This document shows positions 24,031-35,561 of a stretch of 64,000 nucleotides of DNA, piece after piece. The position numbers were made by a program, and so were the translations under genes. The notes beneath the pieces are model-generated. The model searched no databases. It saw only the letters and a list, made by a program, of their open reading frames with translations, and was not told the origin of the DNA. Origin of the DNA: Ruditapes philippinarum (Eukaryota); assembly GCF_026571515.1 (NCBI RefSeq), contig NW_026852009.1, positions 1 to 64,000 of the forward strand, given 5' to 3'. Every line of letters begins with the position of its first letter. The first letter of the stretch is position 1.

Positions 24031-26856
24031 CACTGCGGTATACCGTACCCCGGATATTGCTCGATATTATGAGGACTTTCATCCCATTTCGCGACTTTGA
24101 ACGAGGAAAGAAGGTATGTTTAGTGACGATATTTAGTCATTTTGAATTGGTTTGATATAAATTTTGTAGAAAAACAAATACTACGATAATTTCTCTAGTT
24201 ACTGAAACCCCAAAAATGTTGAGAAATAGCTTTGAAATGTAATTAGGAGGTAAAATTCGTCTCTTTGCTCACGTGATAAATGAGCTCGGATCAATCAAAT
24301 TTGATGTTTTTGTGCATATACTTCTTTAAAAGAAAAACTTGAATCGAGTGAAATGTGATAATGATGATAATGTTTATGTTGTAAATGTTCAATCAACAAT
24401 AGAACCTCAGATGACAGTGCATTTTGAGAATAAATACACATGTCAGTGTACCGATTATTGCGTTGGAGTTGCCCGTCGGTGTCACGAGATATTGCTTTTA
24501 GTGTAACGAGTATTGGTTATCAATGAAGAGTAAATGCAAGTAGTAAACACAAAAACACATGTAATTTTATTAATTAAAGAAATACTATTTTTGATCAAAA
24601 AAAAAACAAACGAAACAAAAAATACAAAAATCCAGAGAAACGAAATTAATTTTTATTAAATGTATGTATTTTGTTTAATTTGCAGAAGCAAGCGAAGCAA
24701 GAAATAACTTACAGATTATAAATACAGTATTTTTCTTACTGTGTGATACTTATTTACAACTATATGTGCACAGAATAATGCAGAATTCGAGGGTATACTT
24801 ACTGGAAATCTGCGAATATCCATATTTTTCATATGTGTGCTCGTGAAAATCTCAGACGAACAACTCAGCAATTTTCTGTTGTTTAAAATGTTCTCGTTGC
24901 TATACGAAAGCGGTCAACTTTCACAGAATTTGTTGAATAATTAATTGCAATATTTCACTTTAATTAAATAGTTAAAAAATGCATACCAAACGTGCATAAA
25001 ATCTGCCTCAAGATGTCAATATTAGAGATATTGAGCAGGTGCCAATATCTATGAGTCAACGGACTTCCTCTATGCCAAAAATCCATATAAAGGTAACTTT
25101 CGGCATTTTGTACCTGCACTCTAGCAACGGCAGACCGTCTGCACGTGAAATTTTGTTACGCCATTAGCAATGAGTTACCGTATGACTGCCGAGCGGGTAC
25201 AGCTCAAAAAACGAATAATAGATTTTGATAAGATTATGATAAAGGGCAGCAGATGCAATAAAAAGGTTATGTTCCTTATAACCTTTACCTCATGAAGGCT
25301 TTACACCCACCACCCTTTTGAGGCCTCAAATAGTGTAAAACATGCGCTATTTAGACCCCAAACACGGTTTTTTTCGTTTGACAAATGTTGTTCAAAAGAG
25401 TGATCACTTTTTCGGCGCCACCCCATTAAAAAGGTACATCAAGGGGGTTACGTAGGCGGGGGGGGATGTGCCCCCTTATGTTTGGGGGTTTGAAGTGGGG
25501 CAGTAGCCCCTCTAATCGCCGAGAAGACTTGGGACTTGTGGGGGCTAAATGGCCTCAGGTCGATTTAAAGGTACCTGTAAATAAACGCCGAAAACCTAAG
25601 ACTTTATATCAATCAATTGAGAAGTTGGTGCACCTTGAAATCAGTTTTGATGGGAAAAAACAACGCAAAATAGAGGTTTTTGGCAATTTTGAGACGCCCC
25701 CCCACCCCGTTGCCATGATAATTGGAAATTTAAAATTGAGCATGCTATTCCACAGGCTATGGTCCAGCTAACATTTGTGCCCAGTTTGATTTTGATCAGT
25801 ATTGAAGCATTTTTTATAGTTTCATAGCAGTTTGAACTTGTAACAAGAGGCTTGAAAACAGCCATTTTTTCGCATTATGCTCATGCAGTAACAGGTTAAG
25901 ACGATACCGACATGCTTGGACGGCATTAGCCCTGGGGCCAATATTTTATTAATTTCGTCGATATGTTTCTTAAGGCAAAACTTGCCCTGTAAAACCTGTT
26001 ATTAATGTCATCTAAATATGTTTTTTTTTTATTCTTGTCCATTTCAGAGATGGGTCTCCTTGATCAAAGTGTCTTGAGACATGTATTTAAAGTTTTTTAT
26101 CGTCAATTTTGATGGTTCTACCCTGCTTCCGACCCCGCGCACACTTTATTTCAATCCATAGTGTGATTGTCAACCAAATTGGAAATTAAATCTCTGTATT
26201 TGCCCGTAGGAAAGAACTGTAAATAACACTGAAAATGCACTGTTGAATCTGAAATATTTGAATAAATATCATATAAACAAGTACATTATCAGAAAAATGA
26301 AATAAAATCGATAAACAGACGTAAAAATTAGACAAAAATATCGAGTTTCCATACTAATGTGCTCATTCTGTTTTTGCAATACTCTGTACACTAAAGTTGG
26401 GCTATTTTGCAATACTCTGTACACTTAAAATCAATACTCGTACACTGTCTTGTATCTTTTTTTGGCCTGTATCTTTTTGTACTTTCACACTTTTTGCCTG
26501 AAATTTGGACAAGGCATACTTGGATTGTGAATAAAAAAATTGCTCGATTCAATTTTTTTTATATTGTAATATAATAATTTCTAACGATTCTACAGTATCG
26601 CGGTCAGTATTTTCTAGTGAGCAGCGGATCGTTTAGGGGTAGTTTAATCAATTTTACAAATAGCTGTAATATTTTTACGTCTTTTAGAGCTACAAAAATA
26701 CCTCTAGATATATAAAACTCGTTTAGACAAATGAAATAGCCATTAGTTTGGAAAATATCGTCGCTGAACTTACCTTCGTTCCCCGTTCAAAGTCGCGAAA
26801 TGGGATGAAAGTCCTCATAATATCGAGCAATATCCGGGGTGCGGTATACCGCAGTG
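24031..26856. mobile_element. Non-autonomous DNA transposon with ~104-bp TIRs (5'-CACTGCGGTATACCG) and 5-bp TSD CTGTT, nested in the Gypsy leader
   Basis: 24031-~24134 is the reverse complement of ~26753-26856 with about 6 mismatches. CTGTT occurs at 24026-24030 and 26857-26861. No transposase ORF was recognised. Confidence 0.92.
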
Positions 26857-27366
26857 CTGTTGGTTCGAGTAGTTAATAGTTACTATAACACTTGACTATC
26901 TTCTCCCCAGCTCTAGTTATCGTGTCCTCACGATAATGGTGATAAAGTCATGTATCAATGTTGTATGATTTCTTAATCACTATGATGGAAATATTATTTA
27001 TCAAATTATTAAAATTAAAACAAATGGTTGTGTAATAGTATGACAACTACACAATACTGGTCAGTAGTGAAATAATAATGAATTCCAAGGTAGATCACCG
27101 ATGAAGGTAAGAAAGTAGAACACAAATTGCACGCAGATAAGATGGTAGATCTGAATTGTAAGCACTGACGAAGGTAGGAAATTAGAACACAATCTGCACG
27201 TTGATGGTCAATCTTAATTTATCAAGCAAAAGAAGTGAAGATTCTTCTTTTGTTTTAATATAAAATGTAAACAGTTATATTCTTGACACAATTATATCTC
27301 GTAGATTTTACCACATCCTTGAGTTCGATCTGGTTTTCTTCTTCAAAGATCACTTGGGGGCTCCAT

Positions 27367-28226
27367 TGTAACACATGGTGTTATAACACAGGGTAGATGT
27401 GGTAATTCATTTATTGTTTACATATACAGTCAAACTGAATATACAATATATCTTCAAAGTTCTTTATTGAAGTCAACTTTAATCAAGGCACTGAAATGAC
27501 ATAATAATAACAATGTTTGCACATATAATATATACAATCAATAAACATAGCATTTAATAAACATCTTATTACTATAGACATTAAGATTACTAAATGATTA
27601 AAGCCTTTGTACTCTTATGTCTTACCAGTTAAACATTACATGTATAATGTTTACATTATTACAAAAGGTATAAATACCAACATACTCTTATACTTACAGA
27701 TCTAAGGGATCTTAAGCCTATTCCACAATAAACCAATGACAAATTAGAATCTATAGCACTTCACTTCACATCACATACATCCTGTCTCACGTGATGGTTA
27801 ACTGTGAACAAGATTAAAACATATAATACATGCTGGTTATAAAAATATAGAATTGAAAGAGAAAGTCAATGACTGCCATTTTGGAACATTCAACGCGCTG
27901 TAAAATACAACATTGCAAATAAACCGAATAATAAATAATCATTTCAGCCATCACAAAACTACCTTAAATACTTCTCACAAACACTTGGATAGCTCAACCA
28001 AATGTAAATCATATAAACAAGTTCAAATTAACAGAATGTTCTCTACATCAACCATGCAAACCCTTTTCAAAACCTGCACAACATTCCCGCCAAACTCTCG
28101 CGAGATCACACAGAAAACAAGAAAATAAAAGACCAGCAAGAACTTATCAAAACCTAAAGAAATAAAACACCAGAAAGAGCTGACACGTTTCATAATACTG
28201 TCATACAAAAATATGACCCTGCTACA
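27367..28226 (-). repeat. 5' LTR (860 bp, TGTAAC...GCTACA termini)
   Basis: TG...CA ends with an imperfect inverted repeat; adjacent to the PBS-like TGG motif. Confidence 0.93.
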
Positions 28227-29664
28227 TTTGCATGCACAGGAATACAGTGCTTCAGTTGAAGTAAACAGTTGTAAATAATGAATAAGTATCAACAGAAGCC
28301 ATTAGGTAAAACTAGATATTAGTGATTGCCATTGATTTGTCCCTTAATATTATAACTTAACATTTTAGTGAATATTTAGTGAATATATGAAATGTTATTA
28401 ATGGAATAAACATATAACACAGCTTGACATTTTACGATTGCACGTATTTTATTATGGAGAACAAATTTTTAAACATGCCATAGCATGCTTTTCAAAAGGC
28501 ATCACATTTATAGGGTTATGAACTTAATTTCACCAATCTGACTAAAGTTCAGATCTTCTAATTTCTTTTATACATGTATAAATCTGATGACGACCTTATA
28601 AAATACCCCCCTTTATAATTCGGATATCTCGAAAAAGCTACATTTAGCCATGCAATCAAAACTGGTTTTACATAGGAATTAGAACAGGTATCAAAATTCA
28701 GTTTTTCGTTGAAGTTCAACAAATTGTTATTTTTGAAAAAAAATGTTTGAAGTTATTTGTATCAAATCAACTTGAAATAAAAGAGTCATTTTTAGTGGGC
28801 AAGATTGTTTTTGCCAGATTAACCTGTCGGCTATATGAACAACGCCCTGTTTTTTTCCTCAAAATCGTGAAAATTACGTGCTCAGTATTGGTTTTCACAG
28901 GTTTCAAAATTATGAAAGCTCGCCGAGTATTGGCTGTGTGAAAGCTCACCATAAATGATTTCGTATTTGGTCACGGTCAGATCTAAAAGCGGGGCGTTAT
29001 TTAGAGCTGGTTTTTATTAGAAAGATCATATAACACAATATCTCATCAACTTCTTACACTTGCAGTTTTTTCATAATGTGCGCTCACATTGATTTTGAAG
29101 CAATTTTACCCGCTATTAATTCAGCTACAAAAACTTATGTGTGCATTTTTTCTGTTCTTTTTTTTGGACAAATATATTCGTTTTACAACCCATGAAGCGT
29201 TGTAATGCAAGAACAATCTAGGTTTTAATGTGTAAAATTAATGCCATAATTATAGACTTTGGAAATTGGAATAAAGGTGTTGAATCCTGTAAACAAAGAC
29301 GGTCACTCTGTTTTCTTGAAATGATACCATGTAACCAGATTATTTTATAAGAAAAAAATATTTCAATCGGCGTATAGAAAGCTAATGTTACTCACAAAAA
29401 TATATGTTTTGCTAAATTAAATGAGCTTTGAATTTGCTTCTCCGTTTGACATAACAATAAATGAAAACAACACAAACTTTGTTAGACTCATGATCAGTCT
29501 CTGAATTAACAAAGGATAGAATTGCTTACAAAATCTCGTTTAAACATTTTTCTCTTAATAACTTGCCATTTCATGTACACAAATGTTTTGAACCATTTAT
29601 AAATGCACTAATTTATTCAGTCTTATTTTTTGATAACACTGAAGAACCGTAGCTTATAACGAAC

Positions 29665-32600
29665 ATGAGTTCTTCAATTGACCTTGGAAGCTACAGAAGA
29701 GGAGACCATTTCGAATTGTCATTAACGGGCAGCAAACAAATAAACAGAAGCAGTAAAAATCTGTGTGCAATATGCTTGGACAAATACAGAAACCCAAAAT
29801 ATTTACAATGCTTACATGCGTTCTGTGAACAACCATGTCTCCAGAGTCTGCTTGACAGGTAGGTCCATTAAAGTAGCAAATAACCTTATATAAGACATAT
29901 GAGCCGTGTCATGACAAAACCAAAATAATGGGTTGCGCAGTCTGATCAGGATCCATGCTGTTCGCTTACAAATTCTATTACAAGTAGAGAAACTGATAGC
30001 GAACAGCATGGATCCTGATCAGACTGCGTGGATGCGCAGGCTGGTCTGGATCCACGCTGGTCGCAAACCAATTATGTTGGTTTTGTCGTGGCGCGGCTCA
30101 TATGGTTATACCCCTCTTAAGATAACAAATTACATTTAATATCAGATATGTAAGCAGTTGCTTAAAAGATGCAATGCTTTAATACAACTCCAGGAGAGAC
30201 ATGAATGAAATATTGGATGAAACATTTAGAAAGAAGATAATTAAATATGTGCCTGTACATCATTTTCATCAATAAATTGGTGGAATGATAGGTTATTCTG
30301 AAAATTCCCAAATTAAGTAACATGTTATTTCATTAAGATTTCAATAGATAAATAAATCTTTGGTATATTATATTCCTCAACATATCAAGAAAGGGAACGA
30401 CGAACCTTTTATTATTCTAATATGGACTTTTTACAAAGTATTTGATGACTTAAAATATATTATACATAAAGATATACTCCTTGCGTACTTTAAAAGTCCG
30501 ATACTAGTTGAAATGTAGAATAAACAGCTTTACCTCTGGTTACTGGGCTACACGTATCTATGTTTCAACAACATGTGGCGTATTGCACTCAATGTAAGCG
30601 GCATACACTTGTTACGCAAAATTATACCCACTAGCAGGTATTTATTTATACACCCATTAATTGGAATGAAGCGGTGTGAAACCTGAACCTGTCCATCCCG
30701 AAAAGCATGTCCAACCGTTGACTGCTGTCTCCGAGATTTTAATGATTGTGGAATATAACGCAAATTCTTCTAAATGTATAAAGTTTTTGATTTTGAATTA
30801 TTAAATTTCGACAAGCCGGATGACAAAAGTAATTTAATTAAGAAGTGCATGCCTATCAAAAACATTTCAGATCGGAGAACAACATTTTCAAGTGTCCCTT
30901 ATGTCGACAAAGTTATAATGTGCTGACCTTTGAATGTGTATCTTCTGAGTCTACAGCAAATGAAGATGTTCCTCTACTTGTCGAAAGAACAGAGCAAAGA
31001 ACAGAGCAAAGAACAGAGCAAAGCACAGCAGAGTGTAGGAAATTAATTTTTCATTATTTCACCATTGAATGTAACGAATATAGTGCGACGCAAGCACGGT
31101 GCTTGTTCGTATTTTCATTAGATTCTACTTCTTACTTGGTTTTTTGAATTTATAATATTTCTAGGGGGTTTAGTTTATTTAAATTTCAATGATGTACTCG
31201 CGTCGGGCGTCACTAGACGGCCTATCAAAATGGGCGGGGAAAATCTCTTTAAATGATAGCGGGCCCATTCTAATCAAGGCTGATATTTTATGTTTTTCTC
31301 TGTTTTGTTCTATGATCTCGAGTGTTTATTGATGTTGAAATTCAGACGAAGACACAAAGTCTTGTCTTTCTATGGTTGATGAAAGTGGCTGAAGAGTCGT
31401 AGTTTATCAGTTAAAATATTTAATTTAAGTAACAATTATATCAAGAATTAAAAGGTGCAACAATTATCAATAATATTTAAAGTTTGACTACTACGCGGAC
31501 TGTCAGACCTCGAAAAAAAACCAAAGTTAAAAAGATGAATATTTTGGAATAAATGTCCCAAAAAGCTGGACATAAAAAATTTACGTAAAAATCTAAACTA
31601 TTTAAATGTAATATAATTTGATTAACTTTACCTCAAATTCTTAAATTTAATCATTTAAGATAATTTTCTAAGAGAAATGAGACAATGCTGCTCAGAAGAA
31701 AATCTAGAAGACTGACTTTGGGCGTTCCGAGCCGATAGCGCGCATGTGCAGTCACCGTGTCCGAGCCGGTCCGAGCCGGTGCTCATGCGCAGTACATGTA
31801 AAGGAGCCAGAGATGAGCCGATATACATGTACAATGCATGTTAGGGAGCCGGGACAGAGCTGATGCACATGCGCAGTGTAAATAAAATAGCCGGTAATAC
31901 GATCCGCATAATAATACAAATCTGACTATTAAACTATGACCGAGATTAAATAAATGCATGCGCAAACAATGCAAAGACAAAAATGAAAGTTAAATGTTGT
32001 CAACAGACATGAAATGAGCAAATACATCCATTCCACGCGATGTCAGTCATAAGCAGCGGTGTATAATGAATACTTACTATAGATAATATTGATTCCCATG
32101 TTGGACATTTCCTGTATACAAAAATAGATCGAAAATAATTCCATAAAAATGACCGTAGTTTATTATTATATGGTTTAAATTAATTAAATATGGTGTAAGA
32201 GGTAAAATGTTAGACGTTATTAAATCAATGTACGAAAGTGTAAGATCCAGAATAAAATATCAAAATGTTTTGAGTGAAGAATTTTCATGTGTGTTAGGCG
32301 CCCCACAAGGAGAGTCTTTATCACCTTTTTTTGTTTGCCATGTATCTTAATGACATAGAAGAATATTTTATTTTGAATAAGTTTGAAGGAGTTAATTTAG
32401 GCTTCTTAAAATTGTTTTTACTTTTATATGCAGATGATATCGTTATTCTATCTGAAACAGAAGAAGGCTTACATAAAGGTTTATTGTTACTGGAGAATTA
32501 TTGTGATAAATAGAGATTAACTGTAAATATCAGAAAAACTAAAATAATGATTTTCAGAAAAGGCAGACTTAGACATAACATTTCATTCGTATATAAAGGA

Positions 32601-35561
32601 GAAAATTTAGAAATTGCCGAAAAATTTACTTGTTTAGGAGTAGTCTTTACAACTTTTTCAGAAATAAATAACTCAACTAGAGCTCGTACATATGTAATAT
32701 TTGCAGATTTTAAATTTCAAAAGTACTTAAACTGTATTAATATTGAAAAATTTAGAATTCCTCTGTCCCGGCTAAGAGTTTCTTCACATAGATTCGAGAT
32801 TGAAACCGGCAGGTGGAATAAACCTAGTGCTATACCTTTTGATGATAGGAAATGTAAAAATTGTTTTATAATGGAAGATGAATTTCACTTTATTTTAGAA
32901 TGTTCTCTATATAATGAATTACGAAAATATATATAAAAAAACACTTTTGGGAAAGACCAAATATACCTAAAGTTGTTACATTGATGAATTCAGAAAATAG
33001 AAATAGAAATTAGAAACTTATCAATGCATATATTTAAAGCTTTCGATGTTCGAAACACTATTCTTTACAGTTAATCAAAAGTTTGTCCCAAACGCTGTAT
33101 CACTGTTTCTTACATACACTTATTTTCGTTTTGTTTTGTGATTTACCAGTATATGAATTGAGACATGTTGATAGTATATTCTATTTATAGTTAACGTTTT
33201 CTGATTGCTAAAAATACTGTGTAACTTAATGATATATGTTTTATTAAGTTGTGACATTGACCATTTGATTGTATTGTATGCTTTGTTATATGTACCGTGT
33301 ATGCATGGGCATATTGCCCAAATGTACTGTGAAATAAACTCTTGAAACTCTTGTATCAGCGTCGGATTAACTAATTCACTTTAAATGCATTGTTTTCTTT
33401 TCCAGCGAATACATGTGAACGATTTTACACTTTAAGCGTTTTAGGTAAAGTATATTTATAGTTCGTAAGACAAAATTGCATCTATTTGATATGTATGTGA
33501 AATACTGCTGATTTTTATACATATTCTTAACATTATGCAGAAGAATACAATTATATCTATTCACACGTTTTCATATGTTTTTTTTTTTGTAAATGTTATT
33601 ATACCTTTATAACCTAACCCAACACTGCAGTACCCTGCCCTGCCCTAGGCTACTTACCTACTTCCTACTGTACCAACCATATATAGCTGTGGATCTAATC
33701 TATTTTTTATTTTTATTTCAGTTGTAGTGTTTCACTTTTGCATCATTAGCGTTGCTAGAATAGTATTAGGTAAATATACCAGAATTTTGATAAGCTTCCA
33801 CAAACTTTACATTATTCAATATTTATACGACAAATAAATTCCCCTTGCTACGATTGGTCGAGACGCAATCTCATTTATAACGAACATAGACAATGACATA
33901 AAGGTCGACTCGAAGTGATGTTCATCTAAATAGAGGGTATTGAATGAGTGCAGGTTCAATACACAATTTATTGAACGAGTTGAATAAATTATATTATCCC
34001 TACTGGCGAGCTTGATATTATCTTATTTAACAAGTTTAATAAATTTCAGTAATGAATCTACACGACTATAATAATTATTTTCTGTATCACATACCCAAAT
34101 AGTGAAAAAGAATCATTTTGCATTGACGCGTCTACAGTGTAACGCTAAATTAAGCGCTTCTTTACGCTATGATTGTTTAACTCGATGACGTTATGTGTAA
34201 ATATATATTACCATTTTTAGGGAGTCGCAAAAGCGACAGGTGTTTGTGACAAACAGTTTTAAGTCATTAAGCGTGACTGAAATGTTTACCGTCCCTTCAT
34301 ATGATGGCTTTTCGATAAATAGGAACTAGGCGACTCTAGCTATTGTGATCAATTATTGTGGTGTAAGATCGAAATGTCTTTGAAACCTTTAGAACTACCC
34401 AGCACTAGTGTCATATGAGGCACGTGGATATGGAACTATAAGGAATCAAACCTACGATCAATATGTTGAAAACCACTTGGTCACAGTATCCTTACGAATT
34501 GATAATGTAATTCAAAATCAACGGCAGTTCATGTAATTTTGTTGTTTAAATGCCAACGAAGCAGAAATTAATGCTCGGTGTATGTAATAAAACACGATTA
34601 CATTTGTATCACTTTCTGTTATATGCAGGGTTATATTCTCATGAATGTAAAGAGCTATTGTATGCTTATCAAATTGCGAAAGGGTTGATAGACATTTTCA
34701 TTGCACTGTCATACTGCAAAAATCAAACAGGAGTATGCACTACAATTCTGTTGGGCGTTTCAATCATTGGGCTTATATTAGGTAAGACATTATTTGATAT
34801 TTGTAGTGTTAGGAATGTGTTACTGTCACCTCTTAAAAATAAAAATAACCCTTCGTTATAATCTTTGTTTGAACATTCTATGTTATTTTGACTTTTGTGT
34901 TTGGGAAGTGTACATACTATAAGTAAGTACGAGTATACTTTAAACTTATTTATCATGAAAGTACATACTATAAGTAAGAATACTTTAAACACATTTATCA
35001 TGAAAGAACATACTATAAGTAAGTATACTTTAAACACATTTATCATGAAAGTTTTGTTTTTGAATAACATAGAATTACTGAATGTTCCTGAAATATACAC
35101 ATTTCCAACAATAAGCAGAATACGTCCATTTATATGACAAATGAGCCGTGCCACGACAAAACCAACATAATGCGTTTGCGACCAGCATGGATCCAGACCA
35201 GCCTGCGCATCCGCGCAGTCTGATCAGGATCCATGCTGTTCGCTTACAAACTATATAACAAGTAGAGAAATTGATAGCGAACAGCATAGATCCTGATCAG
35301 ACTGCGCGGATGCGCAGGCTAGTCTGGATCTATGCTGGTCGCAAACCCATTATTTTGGTTTTGTCATGACGCGGTTCAAATAATTATGTTTCTTGTACAG
35401 GTACTATGGTAGCCTGGGAGACGACAGAAGACGACAGTGAATGTCATTTTCTAATAGTATTTTCCCGCTATTACGTTGTTGCCGACGGCATTTTGATCTT
35501 ATTCATCCTCATTTGCGGAAGACGATTAATCACAAAAATCTTGGATTTAATACGATGTTAA
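29665..35561 (+). CDS. RING-4TM gene B: intact 6-exon model, 252 aa, putative membrane-anchored E3 ubiquitin ligase
   Basis: Exons 29665-29858, 30871-31034, 33406-33444, 33722-33769, 34629-34781, 35401-35561 (759 nt, in frame, GT-AG). RING CAIC-x11-CLH-x2-CEQPC-x14-CPLCR. TMs: VVVFHFCIISVARIVLG, YQIAKGLIDIFIALS, TILLGVSIIGLILG, FSRYYVVADGILILFILIC. Confidence 0.85.
29901..30099. mobile_element. Palindromic MITE, GAG...CTC termini, 4-bp TSD ATAT (Sola-like signature)
   Basis: gagccgtgtcatgacaaaacc...ggttttgtcgtggcgcggctc, flanked by ATAT. The empty site in gene A is gacATATggtt (~707). Confidence 0.88.
32165..33353 (+). mobile_element. 5'-truncated, internally deleted non-LTR retrotransposon (RTE-X-like) in intron 2 of gene B
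   Basis: RT motifs GAPQGESLSP and LLYADDIV; C-terminal RLRVSSHRFEIETGRW...CKNC...EDEFHFILEC; ends AATAAA-CTCTTGAAACTCTTG; absent from gene A. Confidence 0.85.
34910..35052. repeat. Three ~45-bp tandem repeats in intron 5 of gene B (single unit in gene A)
   Basis: acatactataagtaag...tactttaaac..atttatcatgaaag repeated three times. Confidence 0.8.
35143..35377. mobile_element. Palindromic MITE of the same family as 29901-30099, 4-bp TSD AAAT
   Basis: About 105-bp inverted arms; AAAT on both sides. The empty site in gene A is gacAAATaattatg (~5724). Confidence 0.9.

Larger units (their letters stand above)
15068..28226 (-). mobile_element. Ty3/Gypsy LTR retrotransposon, near full-length, with a nested DNA transposon
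   Basis: LTRs at 27367-28226 and 15068-15896. A PBS-like TGGAGCCCCCAAGTG follows the 5' LTR on the minus strand (27365-27351). The PPT AAGGAGCAGGAGTG precedes the 3' LTR (15910-15897). pol has RT-RNaseH-integrase order. Confidence 0.96.

Noticed and set aside
24031-24075. V(D)J RSS in the nested element terminus
   Set aside because: Only a heptamer-like CACTGCG; no ACAAAAACC nonamer at 12 or 23 bp, and no RAG1/RAG2-like ORF seen.
25466-25865. ORFs inside the nested DNA element
   Set aside because: No recognisable transposase or other domain motifs.
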